From: Candidatus Peregrinibacteria bacterium GW2011_GWF2_38_29
GTDB lineage: Bacteria; Patescibacteriota; Gracilibacteria; UBA1369; UBA12463
DNA: 64,000 nt
Direction of reading: 5' to 3'
Assembly: GCA_000992695.1 (NCBI GenBank)
Contig: LBUS01000006.1
Location: 21,489 to 85,488 of the forward strand
Shown: piece by piece, positions 30,802 to 41,250 of the stretch
Layout of the letters: the number at the start of each line of letters is the position of its first letter
Numbering within the stretch: the first letter of the stretch is position 1
Translations under genes and position numbers: made by a program
Notes under the pieces: model-generated
Told to the model about the DNA's origin: nothing
Databases searched by the model: none
Seen by the model: only the letters and a program-made list of their open reading frames with translations

Positions 30802-31176
30802 TTATTTAGGAGGTTCTTCATCTCCACCTTTTGGGAGAGCGATACGATTGGTTAAGGCGCGAATTGTTTCTCGAGGAGAAGCGGACGGCGTAATTTCTAC
30901 TCCGGTTGTAGCTTTTAATGATTCAAAGTAATAAAGCGCACTCGGGTCTGGCGCTAAAACTTTATCATCCGCTTCAGATGGAGACTCTACTTCAATAACC
31001 ACATCGTCAACCTTGTGCAGTCTAGTGCTAAAGTCTGCCAATAGTCTTGCGGCAATGTTTTCAACTTGAGGAGTAAGCAATTTTCCGCGGTCAAGCATAT
31101 CGGCAATAGCGCCGGCGGCTAAAGCTTTATCGTCATCAGTCCAATTGCCATAAGGCTTTTCAAATCGACTATTCAT
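30802..31176 (-). CDS. Hypothetical protein (orphan)
   Basis: ORF 124 aa, co-oriented with 31183-31368. Confidence 0.55.
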   Translation of the reverse strand: MNSRFEKPYGNWTDDDKALAAGAIADMLDRGKLLTPQVENIAARLLADFSTRLHKVDDVVIEVESPSEADDKVLAPDPSALYYFESLKATTGVEITPSASPRETIRALTNRIALPKGGDEEPPK

Positions 31177-31182
31177 AATAAA

Positions 31183-31368
31183 TTATTTTTCAGATTTATT
31201 TCTCGCCTCACCCATAGCCTCAACGTCAAGAGTTGTATCTATGAATTTGCCGGCTCTTAAAGCTGCTTGTATAGCCGATAGAGGCACTTTGTCCGTAGAA
31301 AAGTCCGCAATAATGCTTTCATCAAAACCAGCATCATCTTGTTCATTAATATGTTTGTCGGTAGACAT
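31183..31368 (-). CDS. Small hypothetical protein (orphan)
   Basis: ORF 61 aa with promoter TTGACA(31424-31419)-N17-TATAGT(31401-31396). Confidence 0.55.
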   Translation of the reverse strand: MSTDKHINEQDDAGFDESIIADFSTDKVPLSAIQAALRAGKFIDTTLDVEAMGEARNKSEK

Positions 31369-31465
31369 AATTATATTTTTTAAAATTAGGTATTAACTAT
31401 ACGGTTTTTACACCAACTTGTCAAGACCAACCTTTATGCTACAATATCGAAGCTTAATTATTTTT

Positions 31466-32509
31466 ATGATTAAAAGGCGCAAAACCAAGGAAGTAAAAAT
31501 CGGAGATGTAAAAATCGGTGGAAAAAATGAAATCGCGATTCAGTCCATGTGTTCAACGAAAACAGTTGATATTAAAAAAACAGTCGCGCAAATTCTTGCA
31601 CTCGAAAAAGAGGGTTGTGAAATGATCCGCATAGGCATACCGGATTTAGTCTCTGCCAAAGCCATAAAGCAAATCAAAAAACTTATTCATATTCCACTTG
31701 TTGCAGACATTCACTTTGATCCAAATCTCGCAATTGCATCAATTGAAAATGGTGCTGATAAAATCCGAATTAATCCTTCGAATATTCCGCAAAAAAGCCT
31801 AATTCAGATTATCGAAAAAGCAAAAAAGTTTAAAGTTCCAATCAGAATTGGCGTAAACGCAGGCTCAATCAGACCTTTAAAAGAAAAGATCACGGCCGAG
31901 GATTTGGTTAAAGAAGCAAAAAAACAAATCAAATTTTTTGGATCATTAAATTTTCGAAATATTGTTATTTCACTCAAGCACACAGATGTTTTCGAAAATA
32001 TAAAAGCATACGAACAGATAAGCAAATTTTGCGATTATCCTTTGCATCTTGGCGTCACAGAGGCCGGCACGCTTTTTCAAGGTTTTGCAAAAAATGCGAT
32101 TGCGATAAGTAATCTATTGATGAGTGGAATCGGCGACACCCTGCGAATTTCTTTGGCGGAAGATCCGATCGAGGAAATAAAAGCTGCAAAAGCTATTTTA
32201 TCCTCACTGAATCTTTATAAAAAGGCACCGATGTTTATTGTTTGCCCGACATGCAGTCGCACAAATATCGATATTATAAAAATCAGTCATATTCTTGAAG
32301 AAAAATTGTCGCACATCAAAAAACCTATAAAAATTGCAATTATGGGTTGCGCGGTTAATGGTCCGGGTGAGGTTGCACAAGCCAAATATGGCATTATTGG
32401 TGGAAATAAATCTGCTGGAATCTTTAATCACGGAAAATTAATAAAAACTGTTCCGGAAAAAGAAATTGTTAAAGAATTCATAAAACTTGTTGAAGCGAAT
32501 GAAAAATAA
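31466..32509 (+). CDS. ispG: HMBPP synthase (GcpE)
   Basis: IQSM, PLVADIHF, KIRINP.N, IRIGVNAGS, YPLHLGVTEAG, GIGDTLRISL, CPTCSR, MGCAVNGPGE. Confidence 0.95.
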   Translation: MIKRRKTKEVKIGDVKIGGKNEIAIQSMCSTKTVDIKKTVAQILALEKEGCEMIRIGIPDLVSAKAIKQIKKLIHIPLVADIHFDPNLAIASIENGADKIRINPSNIPQKSLIQIIEKAKKFKVPIRIGVNAGSIRPLKEKITAEDLVKEAKKQIKFFGSLNFRNIVISLKHTDVFENIKAYEQISKFCDYPLHLGVTEAGTLFQGFAKNAIAISNLLMSGIGDTLRISLAEDPIEEIKAAKAILSSLNLYKKAPMFIVCPTCSRTNIDIIKISHILEEKLSHIKKPIKIAIMGCAVNGPGEVAQAKYGIIGGNKSAGIFNHGKLIKTVPEKEIVKEFIKLVEANEK

Positions 32510-33515
32510 AATAAAAAATATTGTGATTTTAGGATCAACCGGATCGGTTGGCACGCAAGCGCTCGAAATTGTTAGGCAAAACAAAGATGCTTTCAAGGTG
32601 ATTGGATTAAGCTGCCATAAAAACAAAATTTTATTAAAAAAACAGGCAAAAGAATTTGACGTAAAGGATTTTTCGATAACCGGCGATGAAAAAGATTTAA
32701 TAAAATTAGCGACACTTAAAAAAGCGGATTTAATCATCAACGCGCTGGTTGGAGAAATTGGAGTTGCACCAACTCTGGCAGCAATTCACGCAAGGAAAAA
32801 TATTGCGATCGCAAATAAAGAAGCCATTTTATGTATAGGCAAAAAACTGGTTAAGGAAGCCAAAAAATACAAGGTAAATTTAATTCCCGTTGATTCTGAG
32901 CACACAGGAATTTTTCAAATTTTGAAAACAAATCCGGGAAGAAAAATCAAAAAAATAATACTCACCTGCTCCGGTGGTCCATTTTATAAAACGCCGATTT
33001 CAAAGCTTAAAAATATAAAATTGAATCAAGTTTTTGCGCATCCAACTTGGAAAATGGGCGAGAAAGTGACGATTGATTCCGCGACACTCATGAATAAAGG
33101 TTTTGAGGTTATTGAATGCGGGATTTTGCACGGTGTAAACGAGAAACAGGTTGAAGTTTTATATCATCCGCAAGGAATTTTGCATTGCGCGGTCGAATTT
33201 GAAGACGGCAGATTTTGCGCAAGCATAAGCCAACCAGACATGAAACTACCAATTGCATATGCGATGAATTATCCATTTCCGCCAAAATTAAAATCAAAAA
33301 TCCCGAATACTAAAAATTTGATTCTTGAAGAGATTGTGGATAAATTTGGGTTGATCAAGTTGTGCAGAGGCGCTTCAAAAAGCGAAAAATCAACAAAAAA
33401 ATTGTGCCGAATTGACGAGGATGGAACGCAAAAATTCTTGGATAAAAAATTAAACTTTTTAGGTCTGATAAAATTTATAAAAGATGAATATAGCAATAAT
33501 ACTCGCGGGCGGTAA
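32499..33515 (+). CDS. dxr: 1-deoxy-D-xylulose-5-phosphate reductoisomerase (compact)
   Basis: LGSTGSVG, ANKE, PVDSEH, SGGPF, HPTWKMG.KVTIDSATLMNKG.E.IE, PDMKLPI. Confidence 0.93.
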   Translation: MKNKIKNIVILGSTGSVGTQALEIVRQNKDAFKVIGLSCHKNKILLKKQAKEFDVKDFSITGDEKDLIKLATLKKADLIINALVGEIGVAPTLAAIHARKNIAIANKEAILCIGKKLVKEAKKYKVNLIPVDSEHTGIFQILKTNPGRKIKKIILTCSGGPFYKTPISKLKNIKLNQVFAHPTWKMGEKVTIDSATLMNKGFEVIECGILHGVNEKQVEVLYHPQGILHCAVEFEDGRFCASISQPDMKLPIAYAMNYPFPPKLKSKIPNTKNLILEEIVDKFGLIKLCRGASKSEKSTKKLCRIDEDGTQKFLDKKLNFLGLIKFIKDEYSNNTRGR

Positions 33516-34548
33516 ATCAACAAGATTTGGCTCAGATAAGCCACTTCAAATGATTTCAGATAAGCCGATGATAATGCATTCGGTGGATGCGTTTACATGC
33601 GCAAAAATATATAAAATTATCGTTGTTGCAAACGTAGAAAATGCGCAAAAAATAAAAAAATTGGTACCAAAATCAGTGCGAATAATTTTAGGCGGCAAAA
33701 CTCGTCAAGAGTCCGTTTTTAATGCAATAAAGTTTCTCGAAAAATCGCAGAAAAATGACGATGTCATTTTAATTCACAACGTCGCGAACCCATTTGTTGG
33801 CCAAGAAGAAATAAAGCATTGCATCCGACTAGTCAAAAAATGCGGCGCATGTATAGCCGGGCATTTGGCTACCGATACAGTAAAAATAATCGACGGAAAT
33901 TTCATAAAACAAACTCTACCTCGTGAAAAAATCCTTCTTGCCGAGACGCCGCAAGGATTTAAGTGGAGTGTTTTATATAAAGCTTATAAAAATGCGGTTA
34001 CTAAAAAACTTTCCGCAATAGGCCAAAAAGTCGCATGGACAGAGGCGAGCCCATTAAATAAAAAACTCACATTTGAACACGATTTAAAACCCGATTTAAT
34101 TGGGGTTGGATCCGATTTTCACGAATTTTCAAAATCAGGAGCGCTTATTCTCGCCGGAATAAAATTTCCAAAATTTCACAAACTTTCAGCGGATTCTGAT
34201 GGCGACGCAATTCTTCACGCAATAACAACATCAATTTCAAGTGCACTTGGAGGCGGCTCGCTCGGAACTTTCGCAACTTCAATGTGCAAATCGGGTATAA
34301 AAAACAGCGCAAAATACCTTGAAAAAGCACTTAAGCAAATGTATGAAAAAGGCTATTCTATCTCAAATTTATCGCTTTCAATTGAATCAAACGAAATAAA
34401 AATCGATCCGATTTCAAACAAATTAAAATCCGCGCTTTCGCATCTGTTAAAAATAAACCAAAGCCAAATCGGCATCACGGCGATTCGCGGTAAAAACAAA
34501 AATGGCTTATACTGTATTTCGGCGATTTTATTGCGCCAAAATCATTAA
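33484..34548 (+). CDS. ispDF: Fused IspD/IspF (divergent)
   Basis: LAGG.STRFG..K, GGKTRQESV, DTVK, ETPQGF, N.KLT...DL, then IG.G.D.H and SDGDAILHA. Confidence 0.85.
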   Translation: MNIAIILAGGKSTRFGSDKPLQMISDKPMIMHSVDAFTCAKIYKIIVVANVENAQKIKKLVPKSVRIILGGKTRQESVFNAIKFLEKSQKNDDVILIHNVANPFVGQEEIKHCIRLVKKCGACIAGHLATDTVKIIDGNFIKQTLPREKILLAETPQGFKWSVLYKAYKNAVTKKLSAIGQKVAWTEASPLNKKLTFEHDLKPDLIGVGSDFHEFSKSGALILAGIKFPKFHKLSADSDGDAILHAITTSISSALGGGSLGTFATSMCKSGIKNSAKYLEKALKQMYEKGYSISNLSLSIESNEIKIDPISNKLKSALSHLLKINQSQIGITAIRGKNKNGLYCISAILLRQNH

Positions 34549-34566
34549 ATTTATTAAACCCCTCAC

Positions 34567-35433
34567 ATGACAAACTCACTCAAAATCAAATCTTTTGCAA
34601 AGATCAATCTTGCATTGGATATTCTTGGAAAGGCCGGTAAATATCACAAAATTCAGACGGTTTATCAGCAAATTTCCCTTCACGACACGCTCATAATCAA
34701 AGAAATCGAGAAAAATAAAATCATTCTAAAATCAAATGATAAAAATCTTTCAGTCACACCAAAAAATCTCGCATATCAGGCTGCGGAAATGATTAAAAAA
34801 TCTTGCAGAGTCAAAAAAGGCGTCGAAATTTTTATTGATAAACACATTCCGGTTGCATCCGGTTTTGGCGGAGGATCGGGCAACGGCGCAACCGCACTTA
34901 AAGGCTTGAATGAGCTATTTAAATTAAAACTTTCAAAAGCAAAACTCGAAAAATTTGCAGAAAAACTTGGTATGGACGCACCGTTTTTTATAACCGGCGG
35001 CACAGCAATGGGTACGCATTTTGGCGAAAAAGTTCGCGCTCTCACTCCCCTGACAGGCCTTACACTCGCATTATTTGTTCCAAATAAAAAATCTCCTTTA
35101 ATCGCAAAAACCAAGACGGTTTATAAAAAAATTAATACAAAATTAACCGGCAAAGAACAGAAAAAAACCAAGCTTTTACTTAAAGAATTAAAGTCCAAAA
35201 AACCGCAGAAGCAAGCTATTTTAGATAATTTGCACAATGACATAGAAATCGCGATGGACATTTCCGAAATCAAAAAAACACTTCTTCAGGCCGGCGCATC
35301 TCAAGTCGTTCTTTCGGGAAGTGGCCCATCGGTTGTTGCATTTTTCAAAAACAAATTCGAGCGAAAGATGTGCCTAAAAGCGCTGGATGCAAAATTTAAG
35401 AAGGCATACAGGGTGCTTTTGGCGACGACGTAA
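34567..35433 (+). CDS. ispE: 4-diphosphocytidyl-2C-methyl-D-erythritol kinase
   Basis: AKINLALDI, KHIPVASGFGGGSGN, LGMDAPFF, LSGSGPSV. Confidence 0.92.
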   Translation: MTNSLKIKSFAKINLALDILGKAGKYHKIQTVYQQISLHDTLIIKEIEKNKIILKSNDKNLSVTPKNLAYQAAEMIKKSCRVKKGVEIFIDKHIPVASGFGGGSGNGATALKGLNELFKLKLSKAKLEKFAEKLGMDAPFFITGGTAMGTHFGEKVRALTPLTGLTLALFVPNKKSPLIAKTKTVYKKINTKLTGKEQKKTKLLLKELKSKKPQKQAILDNLHNDIEIAMDISEIKKTLLQAGASQVVLSGSGPSVVAFFKNKFERKMCLKALDAKFKKAYRVLLATT

Positions 35434-35525
35434 GTCCGCGGCGACAAGATCCGGAGGTCAAAACCCTTGACAAATTTCCAATTCTAGGGCAAAATATTTG
35501 CCTTAGAATATTTATTATAGAAAAA

Positions 35526-38500
35526 ATGAACAGACCAAGCGCAGGCGCAGATGAAGGCCGCGACATTTTGCACCAACAAACAATAATGCTTTCTGAAATC
35601 GATGAAAAAACCAGAGATAGGCTGGTGGAGCTTGCGCGTGCGGTTCTTGCAGGGGAAGCGTCGGCGAGTTCAAAACTGAGAATAATGTTTCAACGCACGA
35701 AGTTGCCATATCCTGATGCTGTAGGACTCCAAAACATTATAGACGCAAACGATTTAGAAGTGGTGATTCCGGAGAACACAGATGAAATCGTTGATGCGTG
35801 TATTGATGGGATGGATGCATTCCAAAATGGTCATTCTCCTTATGGTATACGAGCATTTTTGTCAAAAGCAATATATGAAGTTACGGGAAAGGTGAAAGTA
35901 AGATTGGCCGGAGAGGAGTTCTTTGACTTAATAGCAAAATGTACTTCGGACGAAAGGCGAAAAATTATCAAGAAAATATATTTAAATTGGGAATATGCAG
36001 CTTCTTCAGAATCAGAAATTCAAGGCGACAATGTGGTAAGGGAAATGTTTATCATTGCGGCATTTATTGCGGCATCAGCACATGCTACGGAGGATGACTT
36101 GGCATTTTCGAAAGAGCTTTACAGGGAAGCTATAGAGTTAAAACCGGAGCTGGAAGAGGAAAAGAAAAAACAAGAAAGAGCTAACGAAGTTCGTAGAAAA
36201 CTTGCAGAATTTTTTCAACCAAACGCAAGGAGTAAAGAGTTGCTGGAAAGCGAAGATGCGGCAAAAGAATTTGTAGGATTGATGACCGAATATACTTATA
36301 TAGCAAGCGAATGCAGCGTTGGCGTAGTGCGTATTATGTATGACGTTTTCGCGCTTTCTCTTGAGGCTCAAATGACAAAAGATAGGCTTCAAGGCAAGCC
36401 GGTTCCGTCAAAGGGGAAAACGAAAATAAAATTTGAATCCGCGGAAAAAATATACATGGCTATGCTTTTAGCGGAATATGGCGGCCCGGAATATGCGGAC
36501 GCTTTTAATAAGGCTGTGATCGGTGTGGCGCACGAAGATGAGAACAGGGTAAACAGAGAGGCAATGAGAACATATTCTATCAACGGGGGCGAGTTTTCCA
36601 GAAGAGTGACTTATAAATATTTAACAAAAGAAACCGGCGATCATAAAAAGGCAAAATTTGAAGCTGCGGCGTACGTGCCATATTACAGCAGGGGTTTAAA
36701 AAATAGAGTTGAAGAGGCAATTAAAAGATCACGAGCAAGTGGAAAGGGGTTAGTTGTGGGCGACAGAATGGTGCGTGAAGTAATGGAGAAAAGTATAGTT
36801 GAAGAGGCGATAGAGGCATTATGCAATGAAATAGTTATGGCGAAAAACGAGAGCGGAAAAATTACAAAAGAAGATGTCGAGAGAGTTATGGATAAAGTTA
36901 AATTTATGGAAGCCGCAATGATAATAAAGAAAGGAGAGGTGAGCAGGCTGCGAAACGGGGTAAGAAATTTCTTGGAAAGGGAGGGCGTAGCCAATTTGAT
37001 AAATGGCGAGAATCTAAAAGATTATGGGTATTACGACCCGGATAATTTAGGCGAAAAATTTTATACTGAAGGGGTTGATATATTTATAAATAAATTAGGG
37101 AATAGAAACGCAGAGGTTAACGGGTCTTTGGTGCAGGATCATTACGCGCTGGGGATGGAATATATGCATTATTTAGTTGAAATGAATAAGTTGGGAGAAG
37201 GAACTGACGCAGAGCTTGCATATTTTAGAAAACATAGAAGAAAATACGAAATTTTTGCTCAAAACGTACCGGAAGAAGACATTATAAATGCATATGGTGG
37301 AGCAATTACTGGCATGGCACCAATTATTCAACGCGAAATGTATGAGATGTTTTTTAAAAATTTAAAAACGCACGAAAGGGTTATAAGATATATGACGGCT
37401 AGTGTAGTTGGTAGAGACGTTAACGACGAAAGCCTGCGTGAAAATGCAAAAGCAATATGCAAAGCTTTGTTTATGGGATCATACGCAGATAGAAATATAG
37501 ATTTTTTAATTCAACTATTCCACGAAGAAGAACGGGCATCTTTTTATGGCTCAGGGAGAGCGCTGTCAGTTTATATAACCCCACTTTTAAAGGATAGAAA
37601 ATTGGTGTTTAAAAAATTATTAACGGGCGCGATTAAAAGCGAAGATGATCTGAAAGATGCAAGAAAAAGTTTAAAAATAAATAGGAGTATTTTAGCTAAT
37701 CTAGGCGGACGATTTAAGCGTGAATTTATGGAAGAATTCTGTACTTTGCCAATATTTTGGGAAGCCGGTGGCGCACGCACGTCAGCAGTCCGGCTTGCGG
37801 CTAAATTTTTTGAAGAAGATGCGGACGTTAAACTGTTTACCAATATAATGACAGAGCAGTCAGACGCAAGAGCGGAACAAGGAAAACCGGATAAAACAGT
37901 CCCGGCAACAAGAGAGTTGGCATCATCTGTTTCGGCGCAAATTGCAGAAGATTTGGAGACATTGAATCGCACAGAGCAAATAAGCGAGATGTCTGGAAGT
38001 CTAAAAATATGCAAAAAACGTGTTATGGGAGATGGAATTAGCTATAAAGGTGCGATGTCCGTTGTTGATACACCTCTTAATAAAGTTTTTAAAAAGATTT
38101 CAATCAAAAAGACAAGAAACGGGGACGGCAAAATAACATATGCGTGGTTTTTAACGGGGCAAAACGAACAAGGCGCATATACATTTGAAGGAATTTTTGA
38201 TGAAAACAATAAAGCGAGTTTTATTTTTAGACGCAAAGGTATGCCATTTGGGAAGAACATATCGCATGAAAACCTTGAAGGGTGTAGCGAGCGGTTTTTA
38301 CAAGAGATTGAATATGTGGTTTTGGTATTTTTAAAAACATTCTATGACGAACAGCCGGAAATGCCGGAAGAGATAGTTGAACCGCCGACACCGGTTATAG
38401 AGCAGCCGTCAGTCACATTGGAAGAGTCGGAAGCGGCAGTTGAAGTACCCTCGGAAGTAGAGCAATTGGTAGAGTCGCAGCAAGAGCTTCTAGAGCCTCC

Positions 38501-39626
38501 AGAGTCGGATGATGAAATTATTTTTGTTGACGCAGTAACAGCTGAAAGAGATATAACTCCAAGAAAAAGCATGGGGTCCGTAAAAATAGATTTCACAACG
38601 GCAAAAGATCGTGCACAACAAGCAGTAAGAAGAAAAGTAATTTTAGTGCAACAAAAAAGAGCTTTGGAACTTTTCGAATCAGATAATCCGGATATGGATG
38701 AATTAAAAGCGATGCGCGTTTATAAAAAATATGAAAAAGAAGGTGGCAGAATGGAATATCGTCCATGCAAAGACACTGTTACTGTTTGGCAAGAATATAA
38801 AAAAGGACTGATTCAGCTTTCAGAAATTTTTGCAGTGGACGTTGATCCATTTTCAAGAATTTTAGGGTATGCGCAAAGAGAAGAAGAAAGGCGTGTTGAT
38901 CCTGGAGCAAAACTTTTGGACGAAGCGTTAAGAAGAGGAGGTTTGGTGCTCCCGGGACAAACAGAAACAGAAGGAAAAAGACTGGAGGGATTTATCTACG
39001 AGCATATAGACGAGGTACCTGGAGCAGGCGTCGTTGAGCTTACAGCAATTGTAAAAAAACAGGCATCAAAAGCGGCACTTGGGCTGCATGATGAAATGGC
39101 AATATCAGGCATTATAGAAGGCTTGGATTTAAGTCCGGCACCAATGGGGCAATTGGAAGTCAGTTTTGATAGAAATGAAAACCAAGAACGACTTTTTCAA
39201 GCCGCGTTAAGATTTTTTAGCGATGATCCTGAATTAAAAATAATAGAGCAAGAAAAAAATGAGAAATTAAGGCTAGCGCGAGAAGCTTTAGTCGAAGCGC
39301 TTAATAGCGGTAAGCCAGGCAGAGCGTTCAATATCGTGCAAGAAATAGGAAGAATTGAAGCTGAGGCAATGGTAAAAATGGAAGAACACAGGGCAATCGT
39401 TAAAGAAACTTTGGCAAGATTAAAATCAGATGAAATAAGGATTGTATTGGTTCAGCCTTGCCAATTTGAAGTTCAAAGAACGTACGTTCAAGGTTCATAT
39501 TTATCATTGCAAGAGCTAAAGGACGGCAAGAGAAAGCGTGTTAGAAAAACAAAGTCGGGAGAAGCCACGAACGCAGACGGGGCAATAGCGGAAGCGACAG
39601 ATGTCCCGAACGCCACGGAAGTCTAA
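35526..39626 (+). CDS. Large orphan protein (1366 aa), mostly helical, no signal peptide or TM
   Basis: Uninterrupted 4.1-kb ORF, TTGACA at 35468 upstream; acidic Pro/Glu linker at about aa 940-1000. Confidence 0.75.
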   Translation: MNRPSAGADEGRDILHQQTIMLSEIDEKTRDRLVELARAVLAGEASASSKLRIMFQRTKLPYPDAVGLQNIIDANDLEVVIPENTDEIVDACIDGMDAFQNGHSPYGIRAFLSKAIYEVTGKVKVRLAGEEFFDLIAKCTSDERRKIIKKIYLNWEYAASSESEIQGDNVVREMFIIAAFIAASAHATEDDLAFSKELYREAIELKPELEEEKKKQERANEVRRKLAEFFQPNARSKELLESEDAAKEFVGLMTEYTYIASECSVGVVRIMYDVFALSLEAQMTKDRLQGKPVPSKGKTKIKFESAEKIYMAMLLAEYGGPEYADAFNKAVIGVAHEDENRVNREAMRTYSINGGEFSRRVTYKYLTKETGDHKKAKFEAAAYVPYYSRGLKNRVEEAIKRSRASGKGLVVGDRMVREVMEKSIVEEAIEALCNEIVMAKNESGKITKEDVERVMDKVKFMEAAMIIKKGEVSRLRNGVRNFLEREGVANLINGENLKDYGYYDPDNLGEKFYTEGVDIFINKLGNRNAEVNGSLVQDHYALGMEYMHYLVEMNKLGEGTDAELAYFRKHRRKYEIFAQNVPEEDIINAYGGAITGMAPIIQREMYEMFFKNLKTHERVIRYMTASVVGRDVNDESLRENAKAICKALFMGSYADRNIDFLIQLFHEEERASFYGSGRALSVYITPLLKDRKLVFKKLLTGAIKSEDDLKDARKSLKINRSILANLGGRFKREFMEEFCTLPIFWEAGGARTSAVRLAAKFFEEDADVKLFTNIMTEQSDARAEQGKPDKTVPATRELASSVSAQIAEDLETLNRTEQISEMSGSLKICKKRVMGDGISYKGAMSVVDTPLNKVFKKISIKKTRNGDGKITYAWFLTGQNEQGAYTFEGIFDENNKASFIFRRKGMPFGKNISHENLEGCSERFLQEIEYVVLVFLKTFYDEQPEMPEEIVEPPTPVIEQPSVTLEESEAAVEVPSEVEQLVESQQELLEPPESDDEIIFVDAVTAERDITPRKSMGSVKIDFTTAKDRAQQAVRRKVILVQQKRALELFESDNPDMDELKAMRVYKKYEKEGGRMEYRPCKDTVTVWQEYKKGLIQLSEIFAVDVDPFSRILGYAQREEERRVDPGAKLLDEALRRGGLVLPGQTETEGKRLEGFIYEHIDEVPGAGVVELTAIVKKQASKAALGLHDEMAISGIIEGLDLSPAPMGQLEVSFDRNENQERLFQAALRFFSDDPELKIIEQEKNEKLRLAREALVEALNSGKPGRAFNIVQEIGRIEAEAMVKMEEHRAIVKETLARLKSDEIRIVLVQPCQFEVQRTYVQGSYLSLQELKDGKRKRVRKTKSGEATNADGAIAEATDVPNATEV

Positions 39627-40345
39627 GCCGCCATTTTTATAAAATATTCATGCACGCGAATGTCGTTCGTAAGTTCCGGATGGAACGTTGAAATTAGGAT
39701 GTTGTTTTTTTGCGCGTTGCCGAATTTTCCTTCAGCCATCACAATTTCATTTTTATATTTCGCCAAAATTTCAACATTTTTTCCAACACTTTTTATTTTT
39801 GGCGCACGAATAAAAATCGCAGGAAAATCGCGCACTTTTTTGCGCGTCACGTTGCCTTTGTAGCCAACTTTTTCCCCGAGCACCGGAATTTCCACGTCTA
39901 CCTCAAAGCTGTCAGTTTGTCTTCCATAAGCATTTCTTTCGATCTCCGCATCAATCACGTTAAAAGATTTCACGCCAATGCTCCCGTTATCTCCAAGGAT
40001 TTTTTTTGCAAGCAAAATCGCTCCGGCACAAGTTCCATAAACCGCCATTCCGCTTTTAATTTTCTTTTTTATCGTATCAAAAAGTCCGCCACGTTTAAGC
40101 ATCATGGAAATATGCGTACTTTCTCCGCCGGGGATAATCAGTCCGCGAATATTTTCCAAATCGCGCACCGTTTTAACAAAAACGACTTCAGCGCCGCATT
40201 CTTCAAGCATCATGGCGTGCTCTTCAACGCTTCCCTGAATATCAAGCACGCCAATTTTGACTTTTCGCCCCACGGCTTTGACTTTTGAGCTGTGGTTTTG
40301 AGCTTTGAGTTTTGACTTTTGAGTTTTAGTTTCCGCGTTTCGCAT
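39623..40345 (-). CDS. pdxT: PLP synthase glutaminase subunit (N-terminus extended by heptamer element)
   Basis: IGVL.IQG...EH, IPGGEST, GTCAG.ILLA, RNAYGRQ.DSF, FIRAP, FHPEL. Confidence 0.93.
   Translation of the reverse strand: MRNAETKTQKSKLKAQNHSSKVKAVGRKVKIGVLDIQGSVEEHAMMLEECGAEVVFVKTVRDLENIRGLIIPGGESTHISMMLKRGGLFDTIKKKIKSGMAVYGTCAGAILLAKKILGDNGSIGVKSFNVIDAEIERNAYGRQTDSFEVDVEIPVLGEKVGYKGNVTRKKVRDFPAIFIRAPKIKSVGKNVEILAKYKNEIVMAEGKFGNAQKNNILISTFHPELTNDIRVHEYFIKMAA
40276..40327 (-). repeat. Heptamer-periodic element at the pdxS/pdxT junction
   Basis: AAAACTC AAAAGTC AAAACTC AAAGCTC AAAACC ACAGCTC AAAAGTC AAAG; 47/52 identical to the copy at 48661-48712. Confidence 0.85.
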
Positions 40346-41213
40346 AAAGATCCGTAAGTTTACTAATCTCCAAGCTCTTCATCGGTTCACCAAGCCCTTC
40401 TGATACGCGAGCCAAAACATTCGCATCATTAAAATGCAAAACCGCTTCAACGATAGCTTTCGCGCGTTTTAAAGGATCCGAAGATTTAAAAATTCCGCTT
40501 CCAACAAAAACACCATCGCAACCCATTTGCATCATCATTGCTGCATCCGCAGGAGTGGCAAGGCCACCGGCTGCAAAATTTACAACAGGTAGTTTTTGAT
40601 TTTTTGAAACGTATTCAACGAGTGCAATAGGAACGCGCATTTCTTTTGCTTTTTCCGCAATCAATTCTTTTCCCGCACCTTTCAAAAATGCAATTTCGTC
40701 CTTCACGGCACGCACATGTCGAACGGCTTCAACAACATTTCCAGTACCCGCCTCCCCTTTTGTGCGAATCATTGCCGCGCCCTCATTTATGCGCCTTAAA
40801 GCTTCTCCGAGATTTCTGCATCCGCAAACAAACGGAACTTTGAATTTCGATTTATCAACATGATATTGCTCATCCGCAGGTGTAAGCACCTCGCTTTCAT
40901 CAATATAATCAACGCCGAGCGCTTCAAGGATTTGCGCTTCCACGAAATGTCCGATGCGAACTTTTGCCATCACCGGAATCGAAACTGTTTTCATAATTTC
41001 TTTTATCATTTTTGGATCGCTCATTCTTGCAACACCACCTTGCGCACGAATATCCGAAGGAACGCGTTCGAGCGCCATAACCGCAACAGCACCCGCTTGT
41101 TCTGCGATTTTTGCCTGTTTTGCATTTGTCACATCCATAATCACGCCGCCCTTAAGCATCTGCGCGAGCCCGGATTTCAACTTCGGCGTATTTTTCAAAA
41201 CTTTTTTTATCAT
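40326..41213 (-). CDS. pdxS: PLP synthase lyase subunit
   Basis: [57 protein letters not shown]. Confidence 0.97.
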   Translation of the reverse strand: MIKKVLKNTPKLKSGLAQMLKGGVIMDVTNAKQAKIAEQAGAVAVMALERVPSDIRAQGGVARMSDPKMIKEIMKTVSIPVMAKVRIGHFVEAQILEALGVDYIDESEVLTPADEQYHVDKSKFKVPFVCGCRNLGEALRRINEGAAMIRTKGEAGTGNVVEAVRHVRAVKDEIAFLKGAGKELIAEKAKEMRVPIALVEYVSKNQKLPVVNFAAGGLATPADAAMMMQMGCDGVFVGSGIFKSSDPLKRAKAIVEAVLHFNDANVLARVSEGLGEPMKSLEISKLTDLYAKRGN

Positions 41214-41250
41214 AAATATTTTTATTAATTGTTATTGCGTCGGAATTCTA

